Positions 21,851 to 33,022 of a stretch of DNA of 37,144 nucleotides are shown in pieces. The position numbers and the translations under genes are program-made. Under the pieces are notes generated by a model. That model searched no databases, was not told the origin of the DNA, and saw only the letters and a program-made list of their open reading frames with translations. Source of the stretch: Octopus bimaculoides (lineage: Eukaryota); assembly GCF_001194135.2 (NCBI RefSeq), contig NC_068981.1:175229290-175266433 (forward strand). The letters are read 5' to 3'. Within the stretch, counting starts at the first letter, position 1. Every line of letters begins with the position of its first letter.

Positions 21851-22559
21851 ATTAATTCGTAATATTGGAAAGGAGTTCCTTTTTAACCCACAGAGTAAAA
21901 TATCAGCTACACTATAGGCAAAAAAATCACGGATATTTATTTTAAATATCAATGCGCTACTGATAGAATGTGTCGAAATTGCTGGCAGCCTAACTTATAT
22001 AATTTCAGAAATTTGTCTAGAGCTATAATGGAAAAGGGTCATGAAAATATAGTTAGCACTAACGTAATTCGAACAAGTACACTTCTAAACAAGTATTCGA
22101 CTCGCTACCATTGTATCACAATCAGCTCTTACATCTCTTTACATGCATGTATTAATTATGTAATACTGATAACTGCCATTACTGCTTATAAGATTCCAAT
22201 GAAATGTTAAATGCTCTGAGGGAAATCAAAGAAAAGGTGTCAAACCGCATCTGAAAGTAGCTCTCACATCCTTCCTTCAATCGGCTTGACGAACCCTATT
22301 TTCGTAGCATGGTCTCTTTCTCTCTTTCTCCCTGTATCTCTCTTTCCACCCCACTTATCTGATAACACCCTCGTTATCTTTATCTTTCTCTTATCTTTCT
22401 CCTTCATATTTCTTTATCATTCCTTAGATTTAACTCAAACAACACCACTTTAAATGTCCTCTTGACTACTTCTGGTTAAATGAAAATAAATGAAGTGATA
22501 TTGCAAACTATCAAATTAGGCTTAATTGAGTGGAAGGTTACAGTCATGAGTGAAATAGA

Positions 22560-22830
22560 GTCACTGTTCATATTAGTTTATTTTAAGTGGTCGATAATAT
22601 GCTATAATCTTCATTAGTATTGCGCAATGTCAGTCTTGTAAATGTCAAAGCATTTCTTCATTAAAAGCTACTAAGATGAGAAGAGGCAATATCTATGACC
22701 CGAGCAAACCCTACACGACTGGCAAAGCTGATGCAGCTAATGATCAGCTTGACATCTGTAGGTCAGTTTCTGAAGAAAAAGTTGGGTGGGGGAAAATTCC
22801 AGAAGATTGCAGATGTAGTGGCTTAGGTTT
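22560..22830 (-). pseudogene. Possible very old CR1-like RT fragment
   Basis: The minus strand gives LQSSGIFP (cf. CLxSGxFP) and *HCAILMKIIAY at 22597-22632 (cf. WHxALLxKLxAY). Only two weak anchors. Confidence 0.3.
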
Positions 22831-23880
22831 GAATGAAGCCTTTACTGTTGAGCGGGTATGGGAGCGGTAGACGCACAAAATAGTAGTGACTAAAAGCAAA
22901 ATGACGAGTGAGAAGAATACACTTAAATGAAATGATTATGCAACAATACACAGTTCAGAGGAACAGATGTAATTATCGGTTGTGATAAGAGTAGAGAGAA
23001 GAAAATGAGTGTTTGTCTTCTAGAGTCTGAAGTGCGCTTCTGATTGAAACCTAATCATTCAAATGTCATTCTTCTGGACGTAGTCTGTGACTTGCATTTA
23101 GCAGGAACGCCCTCGTCTATGAAATTTAAGTAGTCTTAAGGATTCAATTTCTACTTCTTGCTTCTCTAAGAGATATGGTTGTTATTGTTTTAAATCATGT
23201 GTTGATTACTTAATAGTTTTGAGGAATCTTTCTCGTATACATTTTAAACTAAATCATATTGGCAGTGGGGGTGACTTCCAATAAAAATATATTTTAATAT
23301 TGCTGTAGATGCTTATCTGGTGGTCAGAATTCAAATAGCTTTTATGTCTTTAAATTTAATCATCTTGGCAGTTTGATCATAAAGGTTATAAAATTACTGG
23401 TGGAGTTTAAAGCACGACTGAATTCATTGGACTTGAGTGGAAGGAAGCTTCAAACACAAGAAATAAGAAATGAATGAAAGCAGAGGCGGGAAACTAGGAA
23501 ATTCATATGTAAGATGATGGTTGGCGACTCTCTTAAAGCTAAATGTTTTCACAGTTCATAAGACAAAATGACACTGGGAAAGGCAGGAAAATAAGTACCC
23601 ATTGTAACGGATCTTTGGTAGTTTAATGCCGATCTATGAAGAGAGATAGGCACTTGAATTAAAGAATATAATATACCGACAAATGTTTCCATTACCTGGA
23701 GATATTAGATTTATTTTTGTAGGTAGTTTTCAACGTCATAGAATTTACTTTGTGAATGAGACTACCGTGAGATGTCTTTAAGCATTTGAAACAGAACTCT
23801 TGAACGGGAAAGAGAAAGAGAGGAAGCGAGAATGAGAGAATGTGTATAAGAGTGTAAGTATATGTATGCATGAGAGGGTG

Positions 23881-23883
<3 letters not shown>

Positions 23884-23938
<55 letters not shown>

Positions 23939-23970
23939 AGAGAAAAGGAAAGAGAAAGAGAAAGAGAGAG
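23884..23970. repeat. (GA)n/(GAAAA) microsatellite
   Basis: Direct reading. Confidence 0.95.
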
Positions 23971-24504
23971 TGGTCGAGGGAATGAGATTTTAGTAGAGAA
24001 ACGCGATGGTTATTTGTAGAGTATATGATGCTGGTTGTGCCAAAACATTGTAAGACGAATAAATTGAGGAAAGTCATCTTGTCAAGGGACCAGAAAGCGT
24101 TGATGTAAGTAAAATGCTTGTAAGCAGTCTGAAACAAGGAGGCATCCTCTATCTTTTTCTGTAGAAACCTTCATGGAGTTGTAGCAACGACAGGCGGTTT
24201 CGTGTGGGAACTCTGTTCAAGCGTTTTGACCGTTCGACAAACTTCTAGTGGTTTGGAGATTACAAAGTTTGTCTTGTGCGGCTGTGAAGGCACATCACCA
24301 GGTGGTTGGCATAGGTCACACTCATAACTGTGTCTGATGTGCAGATGTTGAAAAACCCTTCCTACCAGAATGAGAGGACAGTGACATTCTAAGACAGTGT
24401 CTGTCTACACTAAACTCCATGTACAATAACTACAGATACAGAAACGAAAAGTGATGTAGTCAATACCACTGCTAGCAAGTGTTATATTGCATAAGTGTAC
24501 TTCA

Positions 24505-24749
24505 CACTCAAGGACGCACACATACACAAACATACAGATATATATGTGAATGTGTGCGTGTTACATATATGCATATAAATGCCTACTTTTATCTACAAAC
24601 ATATGCACGCGCACACACACGTATGCATACATTTATGCAGCCATCCATCCATACAAATAATGCATGTGCAAATATATTTACTCAAATATATATATAAGTA
24701 TATATATATATATATATATATATACATACATATGTACACATGCACACAA

Positions 24750-24790
<41 letters not shown>
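24505..24790. repeat. Compound (TA)n/(CA)n microsatellite region
   Basis: Direct reading. Confidence 0.9.
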
Positions 24791-24791
<1 letters not shown>

Positions 24792-25677
24792 TGAGAGAGA
24801 AGGAGAGGAAGTAGAATGACGCAAGTACATTGATGTTTCTTTGTTGCAAATCTTATAGAAATCCAGTGAGCAATAAATGCAATATTTCTTAAACAATGGC
24901 ATTGCATAAGAATTTTTCATTAGTGTTCCCTGTAAATTCCTTAATACTCGTAGTCATTGAAATTATATTAATTGGTGGCGTGAGGATATTGTGATGACCT
25001 CTCAATCAACTTTGCTACGAAAGTATCTGTCAACCGCATTATGTTTGCCTCCATAGACAAACGAACCTAATTTCTACGTAAGGTTACACATTTGTTTGGC
25101 ATAGGATCCTTAGACACAAATGACAAAATGTTTTCGAGTAGAATAGTCCTTTGACAAAATCTCGGATGGTTAAAGAATATTTAAAATATTTTAACTGTTA
25201 TAGTTACACATGAGACAAAAAGCTTTTATATTGTAAATCGTGTTTCCACCCAGTTCTCTACGCAAAACCTTTTATAGAAAGAATGTTGAGAATATCCAAA
25301 AGCACTCGATGAAAATGGTTATTGTAATAAATAATCTTAAACAGAATTGCAAATTTCCATATTGTTTACGTCCAACATTTCTTCATGTCGATTGATACTT
25401 GCCAAACATATTACAAACTAAGTAACCGTTATGAAATGAAGTCATTATCAAAAGGTGTAGCTGTGAGTTGTATATTTCACTGATATTTGTGTTAATCAAG
25501 ATTATAATAAAGAAAACATTTGAAGAATAGACCCCGGCAACACGTTAAAGAACAGAGTAATATAGCATATCAAGTAATATCAGTGTACTTCACCGAATAC
25601 CACCGGATATAAACTAAGATTAGGCATACAATAAGCTAGGTTTAAGATGAGCACATTTATTTTGCGGTGAAAACAAT

Positions 25678-25687
25678 GGACACACAC

Positions 25688-25754
<67 letters not shown>

Positions 25755-25857
25755 CGACGAGCTTCTTTCAGTTTCCGTCTACCAAATCAACTCACAAAGT
25801 GCCACGCAGTGAGACTGAATCGGGAACCATGTTGTTAGGAAGCAAGCCTCTTACTAC
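25678..25857 (-). mobile_element. Group C SINE head plus its (CA)n(TA)n tract, with ~43-bp internal deletion
   Basis: ACGAGCTTCTTTCAGTTTCCGTCTACCAAATCAACTCACAAAGTGCCACGCAGTG matches 2960-3060 but lacks the segment between the two CAAGG motifs. Confidence 0.85.
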
Positions 25858-26194
25858 ATATATTGAAAATAATCTATTGACTTCACAGAGATCTCGTATA
25901 GATATAAGGATAAATGTAAGACAGTGATTAGAAAAAAGTTGGAGGTGACTCATTCTTGAAAATGTACCAATAAATGGATTAAAAGCAAACAGAAATATTT
26001 ACGTATACGGATGTTTAATCGGCAAATGAATTTTTTTATAACATACATATAAGTATGAACATATAGATGAATACGATTGCAATTTTTAGAAATAAAATGA
26101 AGACATGTATAAATATATAATTATAATAATTTCTAATATATGACAATGACTTTTAATCAATAAATTTGTTTATGCTCATATGTTCGTGTTCGTG

Positions 26195-26253
26195 TACATA
26201 CACATTTGCATACATACACACGCACGCTCATACACATACACATATGTGCACAC

Positions 26254-26312
<59 letters not shown>

Positions 26313-27092
26313 CATATATTTATATATATATACATATGTGTATATATACATGTGTGTGTATATATATGATATATATATATATATATACATGAATATATAC
26401 ATATGTACACACACAGACATATATATATAGACACACATATTTATATTTATATATATGCACACATATGTATATATACATGAATATATACATATAGATATAT
26501 ACATATATATATATATACATATACGTATGCATACATATATATGTGTGTGTATCTGTGTCCATTTGTCGGTCCGTGTGCATGTGTGCATGCGTGTATGTGT
26601 GTGCGTGTTTTTGTGTGTGTATGCGTGTGTGTGTTTGTGCGCGTGCGTGCGTGTGTGTATTGACGGAAGACCACGATTCAGTAAATAAAGGGAATGCGGA
26701 TCCTAAAACGAAAAATAAAGAAAACATGTCAGAACTAATTGAATTATTTCAAATGCAAATACAAATACTTTCCAGTCCTTTATCAAATCTTTGACGTATA
26801 TAATTCGCACACGTGTCATTAATATCATATTGTTCGTCGACGTCATCATCATCATCATCATCACCATCATCATCATCACCATCGTAATCATCAATATCGT
26901 CGTCATTATCATCCTTACCGTTGTTACTGCCGTTGTCATCTTACAACAATAAAAAAAACAACACTATTAACATTATGATTACCAACATAATTATAATCAT
27001 CAAAATTGTCATCGTCTTCATTATTCTCATTATGTATACACCGACACACACATTCATACACATATACACATATATATATACACTTACATGTA

Positions 27093-27180
<88 letters not shown>

Positions 27181-27210
27181 TAGACGCACAGACACATACA
27201 CACACACAAA
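26195..27210. repeat. Large compound microsatellite block: (TA)n/(CA)n/(GT)n and (ATC)n/(ATT)n
   Basis: Direct reading; explains the dense cluster of YI/HT/CV/MM ORFs. Confidence 0.9.
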
Positions 27211-27607
27211 TTCACATATGTGTATTACACATGTTTTTAGTATTTTAACATGCAAATACATATTATGAAATTACATCCAGAATTCCTAAAATTCCACTCA
27301 GGAAACGGTTGTAGAAAAATAAAAGAAAGCACCAAACATTAGGGAACAAAATATAGCAAGCATATAATGTAATGACGGAACTAACAAGTATTGAAATGAA
27401 TGTGTGTTATAAGAAGGAGGTACAATTTAATAAAAGAACTTGATGGAAATAACTACAAAATGAATCCTCCGAAAATTCATTCAAGTGTTAATAAACAGTA
27501 TTTACAGCAAAGTGACAAAGCTCTGTTTACGGTAGGTTCTATTCAGCATGAGGAATACATACGTTTTTTTTTTTTTGTGTGTATTCTTATACTTTCGTTT
27601 AAATATA

Positions 27608-27990
27608 CAGGGTGGGTGAAAAGTAAGTAGGCTTTAAAAATAGGTAATAAAATCCATATTATTTTTACAACTTTATCGAAACAAATGATACATGTTCTTT
27701 ATTACCTGGGAAAATGAAAGATTATCTTCATATTTCATCGTAGGCACCGGTGGCGTCAAACTATCTCCTCAAACAGCCAGGGATAGAATGTACAGCCTTC
27801 TGAAGGATGTCGCCTGGGATATCATTTTCAACCTCCTGAATCCGTGTCTCTAAGTCCTTCAGTGTACGAGGACTTGTCTTGTACACTTCCTCTTTTGTGT
27901 AACCTCACAGGTAAAAGTCACGTGGAGTGAGATCTGGACTTCTTGGAGTACTGGAGTTCTGGACTTCTGCGGTCACGGTCTTCAGATTTT
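27608..27990 (-). mobile_element. 3' end of a Tc1/mariner-superfamily DDxD (maT-like) transposon
   Basis: 27728-27946 (-) translates to PRSPDLTPRDFYL*GYTKEEVYKTSPRTLKDLETRIQE (cf. WPPRSPDLTPxDFFLWGY). The terminus is TA|CAGGGTG at 27606-27614. Confidence 0.8.
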
Positions 27991-28239
27991 AGCTCCTGCA
28001 CGTAATGAGGTTTCCACGGACGAAAATTCTATTCTTTATACAACACGTACGTATTGTGTGTCTTGTTTCTTATGAAATATTGGAAACAATAAGTTTCTTA
28101 TTTAGTATTGGAAAGTTTGGGATAGTAGTGTTATATACTTCGTTGTTTCTGTGGCTGTGTTGTTTATTAGTGCTCTTAGTGTTTGTATATTAATTCTTTT
28201 TGCACGTTTTATCCCACGTCTATAAGCGAAGTTGGGTAA

Positions 28240-29146
28240 TGAGCCTTAGTTTAAGGTCTCCTGGTGTTGGTATAAGTATGTACGACTTCGTTGATTTTTT
28301 AATTGCTCCATTTATAATATGTCTTTTATGAATTTTCGGTAAGCCATAGAAGAGGCTGAGTTTACATTTAAAGTTAGTTGTATAGTTTATTTATTTTTTC
28401 GTCAGGTCTTTTCTGTGTAATTGAATTAACGTCGAAAGACTTTTCATTATTCTTTGAGGATTGTAGTCTCCGATATTTTCGTAGTAGTCTTCATTATTCA
28501 GCATGGATACTACTAGGCATCTGTAGTAGTCCGTGCCCATCATTACTACCGCATTCTCTTTATCGGCTTTAATTGCTAATTTCTCATCATTTTATAATTC
28601 AATTAATTCTTTCTATTGGGTAGTGCTAAAGTTTGAGTTAATCTTTTGTTTGTGCAGGTTGTGGCTGGGGAAGTTTATGCCGTGGTTACAGAAATCGTCG
28701 TATGTTTTATTTCTATGTTCGTGTAGGATGTGGTTACCTTTGTTTTTAACCAGTGAATCATCTTGGATATTAGAGTGAATTAGTCTTAATTTTCTGCAGA
28801 ATTCCGTTATACTATCTTTAATTTCATTTTGGTTGGTTCTGCGTGGAGTTGGGGTGAATTTTAGCCTTCTTGAAAGTATATTGACCTTTGTTGTTGATAG
28901 GAAATCCTTTGATAAATGAATTACGTTTGGTTTTTTTCTGTATGTTATGTTCCAACGTGTGTCCCTGTTACTCTCGTCTGGGGCTAAAAAACGTTCGTTA
29001 TGGTAGCGTCGGTTTGGGTTGTTGATGTATCTGTTGGAATTTGGTTTAAAAGAGTGATGATATTGCTCTATCAAGTTGTTGTGTGTGTTCATGTGGCCTA
29101 GGGTCCTTTGATTGGCATTTGGTATAGTGCCTTGTGTCTTTTTCAT
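28240..29146 (-). pseudogene. PLE reverse transcriptase N-terminal part
   Basis: VIHLS..RRLKFTPTP..EFCRKLRL..DDSLVKNK, LAIKADKENAVVMM (cf. IVIKxADKGxAVV), FYGLPKIHK at 28325-28351, and DLKLRLI (cf. DLKLRPI). Stops are present. Confidence 0.9.
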
Positions 29147-29149
29147 TCC

Positions 29150-30189
29150 TGTTTAGGATTTAAAGTTCCTAACCGTGCTGCAATTTTTTCTGAAATTTCT
29201 GGTTTGCGGAACATTCCTATTCAAATATTATCTTGTGATTTTCCAAGGTTTAGGGTCGGCTGAGAACTTTGAAACATGGGTCTAATATGTTTACGTTGTG
29301 GGTGATCCCTATTTCTAGTGTGTGAACGATTTTTTCCCGGTGTGTGGTTGGTCCTGCGTAATTATTTTCTTTTATGCATCCATAATTAAAAGAGCTTAGT
29401 TCTTTATTCCATTCTTTATGATTATTTTTTGTTGTCTTCTTATAAAGGAGTTATCCAAGTTAAACCCTTTTCTGAAGTTCGATTCATAACTTTGGAAGGA
29501 GTTATCATTTTTTTCCCAGCGTTGAAGGGAATTTCTTTCTTCAGCTTCACATGTTTCTATCCAAAGTTTAGTAATGTTTTCCAGAGTTTGTCCATTAGCA
29601 TGTTTATTCAGTTCTCTGTGCATTTCTTCGTCAATGCTTTTGTATTTTGCTTCATTGTTAGATGCTCTTAATCTAAGTAGTTCTATTTCTGTTTTCATTT
29701 GATACAATGCCAATCTTTCTCTCACTTCTCTCTATCCATCAGGTTCGTTTAAAATACTATTGGTGTTGAGCGCATCCAGCGTTCGTAAATTTCTGCCTTG
29801 TTGGAATTTTTAAGCATGTTCCAGAATGCGAATTTTCTGTTTCTAAGATTTGTGTTCCAAATGTGTTTGATATTCCTTTTTGTTAGATGGTCTTGTGTTT
29901 CTATGAATTCATTTTGAGTTTCCTCTATTGGGAATTATTCATTGTCTAGTTTGTCTGCGAAAATCAAATTTAGTGTAGTGCATAAAAGGTTTATATCTAT
30001 ACTAACCTGCTCTGAGTGATGAGTCATTTCTTCATTTCCTTTTTTCTCATGATTGAGTATGTTTGATGCCTCAAGCTTGTCGATTAAAGTAATCAGACTT
30101 CAGTTATGTTTTAGTTCTTTTAAAATGTCTTCAGTTGTAATTTTTTTCTTGTTTATAATTTTTTTTAATGGTGTTGTTTTCTATGGAAT
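29150..30189 (-). pseudogene. Long N-terminal ORF extension of the PLE (helical/charged domain plus N/R/Q-rich linker)
   Basis: Nearly open frame from ~30185: ..IWNTNLRNRKFAFWNMLKNSNKAEIYERW.., continuing after a frameshift into ORF 29396-29725 (RERLALYQMKTEIELL..LWIETCEAEERNSLQRWEK). A few TAA/TGA stops. Confidence 0.6.
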
Positions 30190-30588
30190 TTTGGGTCTTA
30201 TGTGTCGTATATATCGGTGAAAAATTCGGCAGGAGATTCCACGAGGTGGTAAATAAAAAATAAATTAAGGTGAAAAAGCATAGAAATCTCGATTTTATAT
30301 ACAAAGATTATTTCATCCATTACAACATGTACAAAGTCGACCGGTTTCCCTTCGCTAATCATAACTCAATGTTATGAAACCATAAAAAGGTTTTGATTTA
30401 ATCTTGCGTAGAAGCAGTTATGATACAGTTTTGCGGTCATACAGGAGAGTATAGCTCAAGGGGGATAATCACTGAATATAGCTAAAGGGATAATCAGTGA
30501 ATATAATATTTCTTAGCTATGGGGAGATAATTCTTCTTTTCCTTTTTTCTGGTTGTTATTTTATTTGTGAAGTGCATTTTAAATTCCT

Positions 30589-30917
30589 GTTAAGTTCTGG
30601 TTTTTCAAATAATGTAACCTCTTTATTTAGTCGTTGTCAGGTTGAGGTCCTTTCCGTGCATTGGTATAGAGGGAATATTGTGAATTGTGGCTAACCTTCC
30701 TTGGCACATCTGTCTATGTGACCACTGAGTGGTATTTGATGGTATTGGGGGGGGGGGTAGTAGATTTGTTTTCTGTGTAGTGTAGGTCTACCTCTTAGAG
30801 ACATTCCTGTTGAACTTATATAGCTCCTATTGCAGCCTGAACATGCTATAACGTAGATGAAGTTTTCAGAAGCGCAAGTGAAGTCAGTTTTAATCTTAAA
30901 GTTTTGTCCTTGTTTAT
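30589..30917 (-). pseudogene. PLE GIY-YIG endonuclease with CCHH residues
   Basis: FTCASENFIYVIACSGCNRSYISSTG..LRGRPTLHRKQI..SGHIDRC, continuing through stops to QRLNKE..KPELN. Confidence 0.9.
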
Positions 30918-31606
30918 TATATATATATATATATATCGACATAAATAATGGACAGCTTTCTACATTAAATGCACGTCTAGTATATATTTGATTTTTTGTT
31001 AAGAAATTTTCATGATTTAATATTAGTGTTATATATTTAACAGTGAATTCTAACGTGTGGAAATTTATTAAGTAGACATTTCAAGACTTTCCCGATCTTA
31101 TTTACAAATTCAACTTCTCTAACGACATTTATGCTGCGCGTCTTATATTACGTCACAGAGGATCTTGGGAATAAGTTTATAACTTTTAAAATCGTCAAAG
31201 TAGAGTTTGAAACTATATGACGGTAAATCTTGACATGTTTCATAATATCATTATACATATGTGTATATATCTTACGGGTGATATATCAGTATGTTTCTAT
31301 CACAATAGATACCATCGTATATAAGGTTAAGGCTCGTATTCGTTATAAAATATATCGTTCGAAATACTTTGAGACATACCGCTGGTTAAACTAGAGCATA
31401 ATCTTGATTTTAATATAATTTTCACATATTGACACAGGCAGAATGTCAGATAGACACTCAGACACGCACACTCAATAGTATATTCAATAAACGTACCTCG
31501 CGAGACAGCCCAAATTAATTCAGAGTAGATATCAATATATGTAATGAGAGTTTAGACCTCGTCAAAAGAACAATGGTTCACAACCGGGGTTTGTATGAGC
31601 CCAGTG

Positions 31607-31607
<1 letters not shown>

Positions 31608-31657
<50 letters not shown>
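31608..31657. repeat. (TA)n microsatellite
   Basis: Direct reading. Confidence 0.97.
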
Positions 31658-31660
<3 letters not shown>

Positions 31661-31712
31661 AAAAGGATGTGTTATAATATTATTCACAGCCATACCAACA
31701 ATCCAACATACG

Positions 31713-31766
31713 TCCATCATCAGCTGCCCCACGGATATCATTATGGTTTCGACATCTGGTCAGTAC
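31713..31766 (-). other. Hammerhead-like hairpin motif, copy 2
   Basis: The minus strand reads GTA CTGACCAGATGTC GAAAC (22 nt ending GGCAG) CTGATGA TGGA, with the same spacing as 16290-16343. Confidence 0.45.
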
Positions 31767-31774
31767 CATTTAAT

Positions 31775-32107
31775 CGGTGGTGTCAACGGCACTAAAAAAT
31801 ATACATATATAAGATTTTGTGGGGAGTCTACACAAACAAAATACTAAATTGGAGATCCATAGTAGCTTATTAAGGATCCAATAAAAATTTCTGCTATAGA
31901 TGTATTTATTGGAAGAAACAACTAGGTCGCATTCTCAAACGCTTTATGTAGTTCAACATATACAAGTGTATGAATGTATGAGAAATTTGGAATATTGAAA
32001 GAAGTATCTATAAAACTAGATTTTAAACATTTAATGGCTTGGGGGACCCACCAGAATAGAATAGGGATCAAAGGAATCCGTAGGCAAAAAATGGTCGAGG
32101 ACTGCTG
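31775..32107. mobile_element. Possible old hAT-type MITE
   Basis: The degenerate termini CGGTGGTGTCAAC (31775-31787) and GGTCGAGGACTGCTG (32093-32107) both approximate CAGTGGTTCTCAACC. The 8-bp flanks do not match. Confidence 0.4.
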
Positions 32108-32842
32108 CTGTAGCTAATTCTTTCAGAATTTATTAAACAATTTATACATGCAACCCAAGAATGTGATATTGAAAGTAAGATCATTTACTCCTATTTTAAA
32201 TGAATTCAACACACATTGTTTTTAAATAGGTTGAAGAAAAGCATTTCTAATATACGGAGCTAGCACTGAAGAATATTTTTAATGGGGGGTTTCAAATTAT
32301 TAAAATAACATGAAAAATGCTATATGTATATAATAAAATTATCTGTTGCAAAGAGGTGGGAAATATCTATCAGCTGAATATGATGCCAAGCAGAAGAATG
32401 CCAAGCCATACCTCTCTACTACTTAATTTGAATCTGAACAAAAATCGACGCAAACTGCCTTAATTATTTCTCCTGAAATTATTTATTACTGAAAAAGCAA
32501 CAACAAAATATCATTTATATCTAATAAGTCAGCAGTTTACCAATCGATAATTACCAATCGATTGGTAAGATCGGCCGTAATGGATATATAATACCGTACA
32601 CTTCGATTAATATACCCATACAGACAGATATGCATATGCATTTTTCTAACTTATGGATTCTTAGTCGGCTATATATATATAGTCAGATATTTAGATTTAT
32701 CTATCTGTCCACCTATCTATCTGTCTATGTGTCAATCTGTCTGTCTATCTAAGATTTAGGTCGCACATGGTATAAATACGATACGTCTCTGCATATATGT
32801 GTATGCATTTGTATAAGTTTATATATGTAATCGTGCTTACAG

Positions 32843-32927
32843 TGTGTATGTGTGTGTGTGCGTGTATCCATATACGTGTATATGTGCAAAATGTCTGAAT
32901 GTGTGTGTGTGTGTGTATATATATATA

Positions 32928-33020
<93 letters not shown>
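32843..33020. repeat. (GT)n microsatellite with (TA) interruptions
   Basis: Direct reading. Confidence 0.97.

Positions 33021-33022
<2 letters not shown>

Larger units (their letters stand above)
28050..30917 (-). mobile_element. Neptune-like Penelope-like retroelement: upstream pseudo-LTR carrying the endonuclease, then a 5' ORF with the RT core deleted
   Basis: See the sub-features. The order on the minus strand is EN, 3' UTR/hammerhead remnant, long N-terminal ORF, RT N-terminus, deletion, RT thumb. Confidence 0.85.

Noticed and set aside
24250-24400. Minus-strand YANHLV resembling an RT YADD motif
   Set aside because: Single weak motif with no supporting flanking motifs.
29700-30110. 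Selenocysteine (TGA) recoding as in some Naiad PLEs
   Set aside because: The stops are a mix of TAA and TGA with frameshifts, consistent with neutral decay.
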